Assembly (NCBI RefSeq): GCF_000181795.1
Contig: NW_003526941.1
Span: 1,123,844-1,177,241 of the forward strand
Origin: Trichinella spiralis
Lineage: Eukaryota
Direction: 5' to 3'
DNA length: 53,398 bases
The notes beneath the pieces are model-generated. The model was not told where the DNA came from, did not search any database, and saw only the letters and a program-made list of their open reading frames with translations. Position 1 is the first letter of the stretch, and each line of letters opens with the position of its first letter. The translations under genes were made by a program, and so were the position numbers. Below, one piece after another: positions 32,651 to 52,312 of this stretch.

Positions 32651-33622
32651 ATGAAAATCTATTTATTGCTGCATTTGAATTTTTTTAGCAATCAAAACAT
32701 GAATCAGTATGTGATTTTTTTTGATTAAAATTGAATTTCTGATTTTTCATATTTTCTCATGGAAAAATTTCCTCTTCCTGAACGCGTTTTTTCTGGTAAA
32801 CACAGATTGGTGAAGAAAAAAAAAGTATATTCTTTCTTACGCGTGTGTAACATTAATTTTCAATGCTTAAACGGAATACTTTTCAATGCTGTTTTTTCTT
32901 GCTGTTTCTTTTTGATGACTTTATTTATATAAAACTGTATCTCTGTGTGTTTGTGTGTTGGGCTTTTGGTTAATATTTATTTGTTGATCTGAAATTGCAA
33001 GTTGTTTGTCAAATTTTTGGTCAAACTTGAAAATACAAAAAAAAAGCACCGTTTGCATCCAAGACCGGTGCTAATTGTTTGTTTTTGGTCGAAACAACCG
33101 GTTAGCCTTGATTTATGAAAGGGTAAAATATAGCTACTTTTTGTAGTAGTATTCCATTTTGATTGGCTGTTGCAGTTGCTAACTCCGCTTAACCTGGCAG
33201 GGCTGCTGCTGTTGCTTTTGTTCTTCTGCACGCAGCACATAGTGACCAGTTACACTGATCCCACGTTTCTACGGGCAGGTGGCGCTGTGTTCGACGTCAT
33301 TTTCCCAGGCTTAGTTGGCGTGTCGACCTGACGCTGTTGGTGAGCGTTCATCAGTGTATAGCTGTGACGGCGCTCACTTGGCTCGGCTCGACACAGCTCA
33401 CCTCACCTCTGTTCAGTTCGGTCATTTGGCAAAGTTGGCAGCTTTAACTATCTCAACTCTTGTACTGATTTGGCATCTGCTTACTTTCTCTTTTCTGTGT
33501 GTGTGTGTGTGGCTTATTATTATTATTATTCAGTATAACAAAATTTTTTATCATCTGCTGCTTATTCTCGTTTATTTGAACGCCAAAAGCATATACAAAC
33601 AAGCGCATTGAATTTTTCAATT

Positions 33623-39330
<5,708 letters not shown>

Positions 39331-39487
39331 TCAATCAGAGAGGAGAGAGAGAGAATGTTTTGCTTTTTTCAATTAACCGCTCATTTATTCATAATCACCG
39401 ACGACAATGATGATCATGATCTATCCAACTTAACAGACGCATCGATCTACCTATCTGTCTGTGCCATCCAACCTGCATAACATAACA

Positions 39488-39523
<36 letters not shown>

Positions 39524-41595
39524 CATGTGATGACACTGATATAAAAATACGCATGTGCACCACCACGTACAGATAGAAAGAGAGAAAGGAGTTCCTTTTC
39601 TCGTGATATTTATTTGCATGTATATGTTATGTCTGTTTGTGTTCCGTTCATTCAACTTTTTAATATTCATCGTTCTTTTTTTACAATATATGCAAAATAT
39701 AATGTTTATAATGTTTTTAGTACTTAATTTTTTTTCATTTTTACGACAGTTTTTATTATTCAAATACTTCCGAGTGATTGATGTGCTCCGAGTTATTATA
39801 GTGAGTTGTCGATAGATGATAGATCTGCGCTTTGTATGTTTTGCTTTTCTCTTTTGCATTTCTGGTTGGTTGCCTGGAAAATTCCTCTCATATTTCTTTT
39901 ACACAATGACTCCCCACTTTTTAAATTCTTCCTCAACCACGTATCATTTGTGCTTGTTACGCAAAAATACCTCTTCGCGTTGCACAATGCGCATCTTTTA
40001 CTTTCGCTCTTGCTGTACACGTGCATACATTTTGTATTACAGTGTGATCAATTTTGCTTATTTATGCCCTGGGAAATGTAATAATAAAGTAATTTATCAA
40101 TAATATTCAACCCGAAGACCGATAATGAATTGTTTTGCAATTTTGTGCGCTCGAATATTGGCACAAAAATACTTAAATCAAGCTGATTTACTGAATGAAC
40201 ATGTTACAAAAAAAAATTGCATTAATTATTTTACATTTCTTAAATGACCGTACACTTTTTATCCTACTTTGAAATTTTGTATGTACTTTTACAAAAGTCA
40301 GATAGATTTGCATCTTGATTAACAATTACTACAACTACTACTACTGTAACAGTATCGAATTGTTGAACTGAGCGTTTGTTTTTGTTGTGAATTTTGCAAT
40401 TCGTTTGCGTAATAATGCAGAAAATCTAATTGCGCCATCTGGTGAGAAAATCTACCATCATTGCATAAACAGATTGTTTGTGTAAAATCATTTATTTACA
40501 TATTACGTAAGTTGTCGCTGAAGTAATGAGTTAAGTTGGGGTTTAAAAATGGAATAAAATGAAATACATTATCATCTAATTTAAATTTCAGCTGTCTTAT
40601 TCTCACTAATCGGTCATTTCGTATTATCTGTAGAGTGATAATAATAATAATAATAATAATAATAATTCCTTTAGGAACATTAAAATTATCACTACAAGCA
40701 ACACAGATGATATATTCATTACCCATCTGTTTGCCAGTTGTTACTAGATGTAGAATTATTTTTTAAATGAAATCAAGCGTTTTTGAATTTTATTACTAAC
40801 GAAAAACATCCAAACTGATGGAATTATATACTACACTGACAGCGGCTATGACTTGTATGAAAAGCGATCAGCTAGCTAGCTACTAAATAAATGATTAGAT
40901 CAATTTTTTTCTAACAACCGGCGTGTGCTGCAGGTAGGGATAGTTTATTGACTGTTTGTTCTGCTGAATTCTGATTTCACACAGGTGCATATTCATATCT
41001 TGTTAATGCGAATTATCTTTTCATAAAATTTGCGGGCCAAAATCATTCGAATTTTATGCAGTGTATTAGGCTAACGCTGTAACGTACAAGGCGATGCAAC
41101 ATTCAAAAATTGTGTGAAAGTAGATGGATCTGTAAATTAAATCCGATTTAAAATTTATAAAACAACGGGTGAAATTATAGCATTGCAGTTTTCCACACTA
41201 CCAACACAGTACATGGTTTTGTTTTGTTGGCTTACGTTATATGTACAGCTAGGTCATGGGCATTGTTAGAAATTTAGTACCGTATGAACGAAATCAGTGT
41301 GAGCGTTAGTTAATTCAATGGATGAAGAAAAATAAATTTTAAATCATGTTAATGTATGTTTTATTTTTCCACTGATTTTTTGAATGCTAATTTGAAATGT
41401 AATAAGCAGTGGGTAAGTATAATCAAGTTAGTTGAACTGCAATTAGGAAAACTTTGTCTTACTGTAGCTGTTATGATCGTTGAGCAGAATCGAGTTGCAA
41501 ACTCGTGGATAATCATCGTAAACGGGTTAATTTTTTTGCACCAATATGTTTGTAAGTGCTCATTTTACTTTTTTATTTTGCATTTAGAACAAAAA

Positions 41596-44500
41596 ATGTC
41601 CGATTGCTTGGAAGACATTGGGTCGAACGATTGTAACGGTCTGGAAGCAGACTGCGATCTATACGGCGACTGTGATGTCAATCTTGAAGACATGAACGAA
41701 GGTGCTGACAGTCCTAAATGTGCATTAAGGGAAGATTCTGTCGAGCGCATTGATGATGAAGACTTGTACGATTTGGATGTGTCGGACAAATCATCAACTG
41801 GCCAAAGCCAAGAAAAGTGCACGCCTACCCGAGCTATACCTACACTGAAAACCAGTAGTGGTAAAAATGTGGAAGTCTCGGCCAGCGATAGCCTGCGAAA
41901 TGTTCGCCCGCACTCGTGCTATGTTGGTAGGTTTCCGAAAAGTATCATTCCACTTCATTGTCTTGCATGTTTGTTGCGCCCCAATTTCTGGATCATTTGA
42001 AATAATGCAATATTTTCACATCCATTCCGTTCACTACTCATTGCTGAAATGAAATCAGACATGCTCTGTGAAGCATGTGTATAGCAGTGCGTCTATATGC
42101 ATATGCATATATATATATATATATATGTGTGTGTGTATGTATGTATGTATGTATGTATGCATATATATATATATATATACACATGTATATATGTTTAGTA
42201 TTCTTGTAAATCAGTTGTTTAAATTTTTGGCAGCTAAATGGCGCTGTCATGCACATTAGTTTCATGTAGTTTATCAGATTTGTATTATTGTTTCACTGTT
42301 TTTTATTGTTAGTTTTTTAATGCAACAGAAGGCACTGAGTTTATATACATATACATATACATGTATACATACACCACATACACAGCAGAAATTATTCAAA
42401 TTATTAATAATGTTGCTACGCAGAATTAGTTGTGCGTCACCATTTTCATCATCTGCATATGTATTTTGCTTGTATTTTTAAACTATTTTCACTTAATTTG
42501 AACTTTATTTATTTAGTCGTGTTGTTTCTCTAACATTTTATGATGTTTTTTGTGCGTATTGTTTTTGGTTTTGTACTTTAACTTTTTTGAGCTCTGTTGA
42601 TCTGCCGCTATCGGCTTTTTCTGTCAGTCATGTCTTATGCGGTTTATTATTATATGCCAATTGCGTATATGTTTGGCGGTGTTGTTGCACTATTATTCTG
42701 TTACATACATTCCACAATTTTGTTTGGAGAGTTTCTATTAGTTCATTTATTCATTCATTCATTCATTCATTCAGTATTAATTGATGTACTGAGACATCCA
42801 AATGTAACAAATCATGTGCAATATATTATTATTTAAACGTGTCAGAATTATTTTTTATTGTTATCAGTTTAAAGTATATGTCAGTGCTATTTTATCTGTT
42901 CGTGCGCATGATCTCCTCTGATAGATCTCGGTCGATGTATAAAGCAATGATGCGTTTATTTGAGAGAGTTATGAACTTTTAGTGAAATAAATACAAAAAT
43001 TAAGCAGTTTTCTTTATAATTTTTGCAAATTTTGGTACTGGATCTGATACTACGCTTTGAATTGGTTCTTTCTTCCTTGCAAATGTCTATCGCCTTGTTT
43101 TCGTTTACATTACTTTGTATTTTAAAATGAGCTGATGAGATGCAGTTAACTTTCAACCAGTATCAGAAGCATCATTACTTGGAAAATATAACTGTTCCAT
43201 CCGCTGATTTTTGTACTTTCCACAGTTGTTTAGCATTATCGCTTTGTAGTTCATATTTTTATTGGATGCGGTTAGAAGTTGTGATGCGAAATTGGACAGC
43301 TGTTTCGATTTTTATCAGCATTTAAGATTGACAATTTGACGAAGCTGAAATTTTAGCCAGTGGAATGCGAAAACTGTTCCGACGTTTTACTTATTTTGCA
43401 AAACAAGCAATACAGTGTTTGTGATTTGCAGGTTGTGTGAATATGCATATTGCGTAGATTTGCATAATATATTTTCAATTTTTGAAATCAAAGCAGCTTT
43501 GTCTCGGTGCAGATTTGAAAAAAAATGTACGCATGACATGTTTGTAAATTTGAATTTCAAGTTTTTCAGTTCAATTGTGTTGCAGCAGATATTTTCAGTT
43601 AAAAGTTCTTAAAGTTCTATTAGTTGTAATATTTTTTTGCAAAGTAGTTTTCATTTTGCACGATCATTAAATTATTTTTTGATCAACTGTACTGTTTTTG
43701 AACTGGTTGTTGCTTTTGCACGAGATTGTGCGTTTTTATGTGCACTTTATAAGCAGTGCAATGATGGTGTATGTATAGTATAATTTGTAAATTTCTAGTT
43801 GCAGTAATTTGTTGCATTGGTTAACTGAATTTTTTTATCACTGTAGAAAAACAAGTTGCTGTGCGAGGTGTTGTCTATTCAAGGTTGTTTTGTATTGATT
43901 TGTTAATTAACAAAGTATGTTAAATTTTCGTACAAACAGCGGCAGATGTGATTTAACGTAGAAAAAGGTTTGAAGAAAGTTGACAGTTTGAAGTGCAAAA
44001 TGTTTTTGAAAATGCTCTTATGATTATTTTGAATTGCTTGTCCGCCATTAGTTCAATTAGACACTAGAATTAATATATTTGCTAAATTGGATATGAAAAT
44101 GAACTTTAACGTATAATTAATTGATTGTTCGCAACAGATGTGAGGTATGTTAGATTTGATAATGCGATGAAATTGTTGATTTTGTTGGAACTATAAAAAG
44201 AACCCGTGAAAAGTCTGGGTTATTTCATTTTTATATGAACTGCAGCATTTGTGTCGGGATTATATATATATATATATTGTAATACATGCACAAGAATGTG
44301 CTAACTGTTCGATTGAAATTAATAATAATGCAGCAATGATATTAATAGGCTGTCAGTATTACAACTGAAATAGTAGTAGATTATACATAATCATCATCAT
44401 CATCATCCTTTTTGCACATGAATTTTGTTGTTGTTGTTATTATTAATCTGTTGTTTGTTTTCTTTGTTAGGTAATTTGACATGGTGGACTACATATTTCG

Positions 44501-45546
44501 ATTTGCAAAATGCATTGCAAAGCATTGGAATAACCGATTTGGTCGAAGTTCGATTCAATGAAAATCGTGCTAATGGTCAATCAAAGGGATTTGCATCGGT
44601 CGGCTTTGCATCTGAAGCGTCAGTCAGGAAGTGTTTGGAAAGCCTGTCAACACAGAACATTCACGGCATGACTCCAATTGTGATGCCGTTCAACAAGTCT
44701 TCATTGCATTCACTGGACGTGACGGCACGTAAACCAGAAGAGAAATTACCAGTTAAGCAAAATCGTCAAGAGAAGTCCGGAAATGTGCAATTCTTGGGTA
44801 CAATACGACTGGGTGCGAACGTATCTTCACAGTCCAGCGGTCACCGTGCTGAAGGACGCTCAAATCGCGGTTCTTCGTCCAACCAACGCAATCGCAATCA
44901 TCCACCGTCATTGTTGTCCGCATCTCTCAGTTTACCAATACCGGCACCGACGATCACTTCTTTCACCACTCCTCCAATGGTTCCATCGGTTATGGTTCCT
45001 CCTTTGATTCCGAACCGTCCTCCGCCGGGCTATCCATCATCTAGCCGACCTGTGATACAGTCTGTGCTTTCTGGAATACCCCCTTCTGCTATTCCTCCGC
45101 CAGGTAGTCATGTCAATCCGAATTTTTACCCTGGCCTGGTTGGTGCATCGTCTCACAATATATACGGTGAAGTGGGACACAGTGACGATTTTGAAGAGAT
45201 CATGAGTCGCAATCGAACCGTTTCAAGTAGTGCTATCAGCCGGGCAGTAGCGGATGCAGCCGTGGGAGATTATAGCTCAGCTATTGATACATTATTGACA
45301 GCTATAAATCTTCTGCGACAGTCGAAAGTGGCTCAAGATGAGCGCTGTCGCATTTTGATTACCAGTTTGCAGGATACGTTGCATGGCATCGAGAACAAAT
45401 CCTACCGACGTCGAAATAAGACTCCACGCGAACGTGATCGCTCTCGAGAACGGCGCACTAAACGTCGGGAACGCTCTCGAAGCAGATCCCGTTCACACGA
45501 TCGTTTTGCCGTCAACGACTATTCACCTCGTCGCAAGCGTTATTAA
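41596..45546 (+). CDS. CPSF6: Cleavage factor Im 68-kDa subunit (CPSF6/CFIm68; cfim-2). Exons 41596-41926, 44471-45546
   Basis: N-terminal DLYGD. RRM start CYVG|NLTWWTT split by a phase-1 intron, then ENRANGQSKGFA, a Pro-rich linker, FEEIMSRNRTVSSSAISRAVADA...LLRQSKVAQDERCRILITSLQDTLHGIE, and an RS/RE tail. Confidence 0.93.
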
Positions 45547-48500
45547 TATTATTTATTTATTCATTTATTCATTCATTCATTCATTTATTCATTTATCTTT
45601 TTCTTTATCCATTCATACGCATTTTTGTATTATTTGTGCGACAGTTTTTTTCATTAATTCATTAATAACTAAGTGTGTTTTTAAAACATTATATTATCCA
45701 ATTTTGTTGTTTATAGTATAAACATGATATTCCTGTCATTCATTTTAAACCATTTTCCTGCTGTATTTTCTGTATTTGTTGAAAAATGTGAATGCAGTAT
45801 GGTTGAATATTTCCGATCTGCAAACAGTAAGGTGAGTTTGCTTATACTGTACACGTGAGACAGCGTTTATTATTGAACGTCATGTTCAATTTAACGTGCA
45901 CAAGTTACTTTTTGCATGTGAACTACAAATCGGCATACCAATTAATGCATATTTATCCGTGTTTTCGTGTGATTGTTCCACTTGTCGGGTATCACCGGTT
46001 AAATAATTGTACTTCAGTAACAAAGTAAATATTCTTCACGCATCCATTTTGTCGTTGCAATTATTCTTGGAAGTGTACTGTAGCATGGATTGAAATTTGC
46101 ACGATGCCCTGCAGAAACCTGAAAAAATAACCATTCAAGAAGCTATATTATCATGCATAAATTGACTAGAAATTTGAATTGAAATTGCCATTTAGTTGTA
46201 TTAAAGAAAAGCACGTGTGTGCTATTGCCGCTACCTGTCGACAGATAATCTATAAGAATAAGGGCGAGAGAATAAGGCAAAGTTGAATACCTGAATAGAA
46301 TATTTTTTTTCATTCCTTAAAAATCTTTTATTAAAGTTTACTTAAAAGTTTCATAGTTCATAGTTTGTAAAAAATAAAAATATCACTTCGGTCATCGACA
46401 CAACTTTGTCAATAAATCAAACACACTCAGGTAATGTGTAAAATGCGTGCAACCTTCTTTTCTTTAAATACAGTTTGTCTGCATTTCAAAGCTTCATATT
46501 TTGATTTACCAATTGTTATGAAAAATTTTTCTCTACCACGGGTTACGCCTTCAGGTTTGCGCAGCACTATATTAGTCATTCACTTCTCCGGATTTTGTCT
46601 AGGCGTGTGTCAGTTGCGCATGGCTTTCTTCGGCTGCTGATGCTGATCATCACTGCTTGTCATCTTCCATGCACACTTATCAACATTTTCAATAGAATAT
46701 TATGCAATTATAATTATTATATAATATTAATTTAATAATTGCATAATGTAATGTAATAAAACTGTAAGTATGTTTTGCTTTGTTTTTCAAAATTATGCAT
46801 TATTGAATGATGATGTTCATGTATACCTACTTGTAGTGCAGTGTTTTAATTGCAGCTTAATAGATGAAGAGTAAATTATGTTATTTTGGAAACATTGAAT
46901 TGTGACGTCGTTTGTTGTAAATATCACGTGAAAAATAAAAACTAATGTTAAATTTGATTGATTGATTTGATGAAATTTGAAAGTCATACATTTAGATTCA
47001 TACATTATTAAACAGCAAGCAGTGTACATGTGAACGTAACTGACATTAGGTCAACATTGTGAACAGTTGTGCATGATTATTAGTATGTATTCATTTTATG
47101 ACTGGTGTATTCATTTCTCAAAACTAAAAATAATAAAATAACTTTTTATAGCAGTGATATAACAGGAATAATGTTACATTTTTTTCATCATGAGCTCTTA
47201 CAAATTCTGCATTTCAATTCGTTTATTTTATTAAACATTTTTCTTCGCTGTTTTTTTCATTTACGTTTGGTAATAATATAATCTGTGCTATTTCTGTTTG
47301 GTTTTTATTCCAAAACAAAATATCTACGAAAACAACAATATCAAAGCTGTCGAAATCTGTCGTGTCTGGTGTTCACCATCATCAGCGACCTTCTTTCTAT
47401 TGATGGTTGATTTGTGCTTGTTTATATGCAAAATAATATACTTCATTCTTCAGTCAAGTTCAAGTGAGATTGATGGTTGATTTTTTACTTTTTGAGTTAC
47501 ATTGTAATTACTGTAAAATTACTGGGAATTAGATATTGATTCTCAGGTGTAAGAAGTTGTTCAGCGTTTCGTTGATGTTCAGTACTTGATGATATAATTT
47601 ATTGTATATGAAATTGTGGTTTAATATTTAATGATAGTTGTTTTCTACATCTGAGAGCATTTCACACCCCATACGTTGTTGTAAATGATATCGGTATATA
47701 TTATTTATTTGTGGAAAAAGAGGTGATTGGACTTCAGTCATGATCATACCATGTTATGCAGTTGGTCAAGAAATTTTTTTTCGTTTCCAGCAGTTGTTTG
47801 CACGGCTAAAATGTGCATATTGGAGGATTTAAATAATAAAATAGCAAGTTGTATTCCGAGCAATGTCGTAAATTGCATTTGACTTTCTGGTGGCCAGTGT
47901 TCTGAATCAGTTGACGTTAGGTGACACGAATTGCTAAATTTTTAGTGCTAATATAGCAATTTATTATGTAAATATTCAAACGAGTTTAGTTTAAAATGTT
48001 TTATATTGATGAAGTGAAATAAATGAATTTGTATATTCATGATACGTTTTGTAATGTTATATAAAATATAAATGGAATGTACATTTCTATAGGCGTACAT
48101 TTAGTTTAGTTTAATTAAATTTATGCACTATTAAAAATTCAAAATTAGGTTATTCTACCTGAAGCAAAGTATACTGATATTTGCGTAATTAATTTAGTAC
48201 TCCTTTATTGATTTTTAGTTTCATGGTCAGTTATTCAATGTATCGTCATCAGAGCACGTAATGTGCTTCAGTCTCTCCTACAGTTATAAACCAAGTTTGA
48301 AAGGTATAATACCTATCTTTTTCTTAATGTTTTAGGGGCATTCTTTGCTTGCTGGTTGCATGAATCTATAAATTTAATTACTGATGAATTGTTTTACGTC
48401 CAATTCTATGATATAATTGCATGATTTTGAAATTCAGTTGAATGTGTACTGTGGGTTGTAGGCAGATAATTGCTATAAATAAATAATATGCCTAGTGTTG

Positions 48501-49759
48501 AACACAGTGTGATATGCTGTCATGCAATTAATTGTTTGTTAACATTTTCTTAGTCATTCCTTTATTACTTGTTGAGCTTCATTTTGAGCAATTGTAGGCG
48601 AACATTGTCGAACAGTAGCTGACGATTTGCTTTTCCATTGGAAAGTTGGATGCGCATCCATGAAACAGATGTGTGTTTGTTTCTGTTGATTGTAATTTCA
48701 TTTCTTGAAAATGATTCATCACAATTCAGAACAGCACAAGAAAAAGGTGCCTATCAAGTTGTTTTAATATTTGACATTGCTGGTTAGTTTAAAATTGAGA
48801 TATTATAGTACAAAGTTGAGTTGGAATTGCAAATTATTTTTCAGAATAATTAATTTTGTGTGTTCAGTTTTAATGCAGTTAGTTTTGGCCGAATAGCGAC
48901 GCCACCTGAACAGTAACAAGTAATTTTAGTAAAATAAATAATAGTAGCGTCACATAACGTCTCCAGTTAATTATTACATTAAGTAGACGCTGAACCTTGT
49001 TTTTCATCACTCGACAGTATTCTGTTTTTACATTTATTTTACAACTTTATAAGCATATTTACAGTGTTTTATTGCATTTGATTTAAAACTGTAATAACTT
49101 TGGTCATTTAATTAAGTTATCCATTACATTTATGCTAATAAGCTATTACTGACAGAAAAATAGGTTGTTCTGCCAGGGGCAGTTTCCTTCTTTTGCATAA
49201 TTTAGTTATTGTGCTTATTTTTAGAATACTTTATTCATTGCATCGCCATGGAAGAACGCACGTGTTAAATTGAGTCAACTGATTAAGAAAGACGTAAGTT
49301 ATACATTGATAATGTGGGATATGTATTTTTTGCATGCTGTTTGCATGATCTTAGAAATATGGTGAATGGAAACGGATTTTTTGTTAATATGAAATATCAT
49401 TAAGCAGTTGTTTTCTATATTGAGATTTCACCTTCAATATTTACGTCAAATAAAAAAGAATGCTAAAAATGCATTTATGTAAATCAAATAGAAAATTCAA
49501 TGATTTCAAGATATTAAAAATATTTTATTTTTCTCAGATGGCAGATAAGCAAGAAATGTATCCATTACAGTTCCGTAAAAGGTCATTTGTCATATTCACA
49601 TGTTACATTTATTATTGTTATTTATTCGTCAATTGTCAAAAATGTAAGTCTGTTTTACTTTTTGCTTTTATTTCTCATTTTTTACTTTGTACGTTTTTAT
49701 TTTTCAGTATTTTGTAGATTTTTTTTTTAAATACAAATTTTGTTTTGAAATGGTGAAAA

Positions 49760-49982
49760 GTAATCGAAACAGTTTAAGAAAGAATCCTTGCTTGGCACGT
49801 TGCTTTTGAAAATAAGTCTTCAGGTAAGTATTTTTACAGTGAATTTTCTAGTTGCAGATGAATCGAAACAGCTTGGGACTGATTCTAAAAGGTTTTTGGA
49901 TTACGTTGCTTTGTTTCAGATATGATCTTCAATTGATTTTCAGGTAAGTATTTTTTACAGTCAAGACTTTCTAGTTTGTAAG
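49760..49982. repeat. Degenerate tandem duplication (~100-120 bp unit) that retains TTCAG|GTAAGTA
   Basis: aatcgaaacag...acgttgcttt...cttcaggtaagtatttttacagt...ttctagtt occurs twice. Confidence 0.7.
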
Positions 49983-50094
49983 ACTAGGTACTAGGTATTT
50001 TGTACTGTTTATACAAGATTAGAAAAGCACTAAGATAAGCACTGTAATGTAAGCACAGGTAAGTAATTTTAAATACCTCGAAGCATTCGAAATG

Positions 50095-50521
50095 AAGAGG
50101 ACAGGAGAAGAGTGTAGGTGGAGAGGAGAAGGGAGAAGAGTATAGGTGGAGAGGAGAGGGGAGAAGAGTATAGGTGGAGAGGAGAGGGGAGAAGAGTATA
50201 GGTGGAGAGGAGAGGGGAGAAGAGTATAGGTGGAGAGGAGAGGGGAGAAGAGTATAGGTGGAGAGGAGAGGGGAAAACATTTTAGGTGGAGAGGAGAGGG
50301 GAGAAGAGTATAGGTGGAGAGGAGAGGGGAGAAGAGTATAGGTGGAGAGGAGAGGGGGAGAAGAGTATAGGTGGAGAGGAGAGGGGAGAAGAGTACACGG
50401 TGGAGAGGAGACGGGAGAAGAGTATAGGTGGAGAGGAGAGGGCAGAAGAGTACATGTGGAGAGGAGACCCGAGAAGAGTATAGGTGGAGAGGAGAGGGGA
50501 GAAGAGTATAGGTGGAGAGGT
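50095..50521. repeat. 28-bp polypurine minisatellite (GTATAGGTGGAGAGGAGAGGGGAGAAGA)n, about 15 copies
   Basis: Period of 28 measured directly (e.g. 50141 to 50169). Confidence 0.95.
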
Positions 50522-50554
50522 GGACAATGAGATCTAAAAATTGCTCGAGGGTTC

Positions 50555-50945
50555 AGCCTGGGGCGTATCTTGAATTGTAGCCTCAGGCGAGCCTAAAGGC
50601 GTAGCCTGCGGCTATTTTCTTGAAAATCTTAAATTCTGGAATTTACGAAAATTTTGCCGGAGGCATAGCCCCAAGCATAGCCTGAGGGCAAATATTTGCA
50701 TATAATTTGCCTGGAGCATAGCCTGAAGGGAAATGTTTTTTCAAAAATAGCCTGGGGCATAGCCTGAGGGTAAATATTTTTTTAATTTTGCCTGAAGCGT
50801 AGCCTGGGGCGTAGCCCGCGGCTATCTTTTTGAAAATCTCGAAAATTTTCACAAATTACGAAAAATTTGCCGGAGGCGTAGCCCGAAGCATAGCCTGAAG
50901 GCAAATATTTTGCCTGAAGCATAGCCTAGGGCTTAGCCTGGGGGC
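50555..50945. repeat. Degenerate ~12-bp GCRTAGCCTGRR repeats inside a ~210-bp duplicated block
   Basis: gtagcc.gcggctat...ttgaaaatct...tacgaaaa.tttgccggaggc.tagccc.aagcatagcctga.ggcaaatattt occurs at about 50601 and about 50811. Confidence 0.85.
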
Positions 50946-51204
50946 AAATCCAAATTTTGAAATAGAGCTTGAGGCATTGTTTAAGGTAAAGCGTATCCCT
51001 CTGATGCTACTTTCCGTGTAGCTATCCCACCTTGTCTTCTTCTCCCAACCTATGCTCCTCTCCTGTCCTCTCTTCACAACCTATACTCCTCTCCTCCATT
51101 TCCTCCTCCTCCAATTTTGAATTTGCCTTCCAGTGCTGGCACTTCCTGAATTCCAGTTACCTTTTCCAAATCTTCTTTTTCCTTCATTTCCAATTCCTTA
51201 CCCT

Positions 51205-52312
51205 GTCAAAATCTTTTCCTTACCTGGTGAGCAGATGTCTCTTTCTTCCAGTTCTTCCTTTCTACTCTTCTCGATCTTCAGATTGTGATCTGAAACGTGA
51301 CGTTCACAAAAGTAATTAGAACTTACCGCGATAGGAACGATGTCTTGTTTACAGATGTCTTCAGGGACCTCCAAGATGCCATGCCTGAAAAACAGAAATA
51401 AATAGCTTAAATAATTAGCGTACATATTACTTACTTTTGGTGACAGGGTGGTAATTCACACTTTGTGCATTCCCATTTTGTTTCTTCTTGTAGTGGATTG
51501 GTACGGTCAGATTGGTACTTACCTTCCTGTCCATATCTGCCTTTTCCTTCTTTTCTCACCATATCAAAATCTTTTCCTTAGCTGGCGAGCAGATGTCTCT
51601 TCTTTCTTCCTCCTCTATTTCTAGTCTTCTCGATGTGATTGTGATCTGAAGTGTCGTTCATATTAGTAATACTTAAAACTTACCGCCTCTTGACACGGAC
51701 GATGTCTTCTTGTTTACAGATGTTCACTGCAGTCAGTTTCTTCAGGGACCTTCACGATGCCATCTTGCTTAGACACCGCCTGAAAAACAGAAATATAAGA
51801 TTGAATACCTTAAATAATTAGGTTAAATATTACTTACTTTTGGTGACAGGGAGACAATTCGCACTTTGTGCATTCCCATTGTTTCTCCTTGCAGTGCAAT
51901 GGCGATACTGTCGATGAACATGTCTATAAAATGAGCAGAATCAAATTTAGCTGTTTTCCAACTGACTACGTACCTATTTATGAAAGGAAACATTATCACC
52001 ATTCATGAAAAATCTCTTTTTACTCCATTGCAGCCAGATACTCATCCTCTCTCTTTCAGGAGTGGTGGTCTATAAAACAGTTTTGCTTGAACGATGCATG
52101 AGTAGATTTAAATATAGTACTGAATATTACTTAATTTTTATGACAGTCGAAGACCTGTTCTTCTTCACTGACCATTACCGCTGTCTTGTTTTTCTATCTT
52201 GTAGTGGTTTGATATTGTCGATAACATGCCTGTGAAATGAGCAGAATTAAATTTCGTTACCTGCTGTCACTTACCTACTTACGAGGGAAAACATGATCGT
52301 CATGCATAAAAT
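51205..52312 (-). pseudogene. Tandemly duplicated exon/intron-like blocks; possibly a decayed multi-exon gene or repeat-borne gene
   Basis: 51206-51495 resembles 51564-51895, and 51880-52010 resembles 52190-52312. Copies keep CTTAC (GTAAG donors) and CTGAAAA (TTTTCAG acceptors) on the minus strand but differ by indels. No protein family recognised. Confidence 0.4.

Noticed and set aside
26700..33600. Many short hydrophobic or low-complexity ORFs
   Set aside because: Chance ORFs in AT-rich DNA. The region is better explained as the CSL upstream regulatory region.
43133..43208. Box C (TGATGA) / box D (CTGA) pair in the CPSF6 intron, a possible snoRNA
   Set aside because: The terminal stem is weak and I could not identify an rRNA-complementary guide. 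It would need snoscan or Infernal.
45800..49700. Scattered short ORFs and isolated splice-like signals (e.g. 46545-46680 minus, 49538-49581 plus)
   Set aside because: No coherent gene model could be supported.
49984..50530. ORFs encoded by the 28-bp array
   Set aside because: Translations of tandem repeats with no independent coding evidence.
50555..50945. Telomere-like (TTAGGC/GCCTAA) repeats
   Set aside because: The motif is mostly TAGCCTG with ~12-bp spacing, not tandem hexamers.
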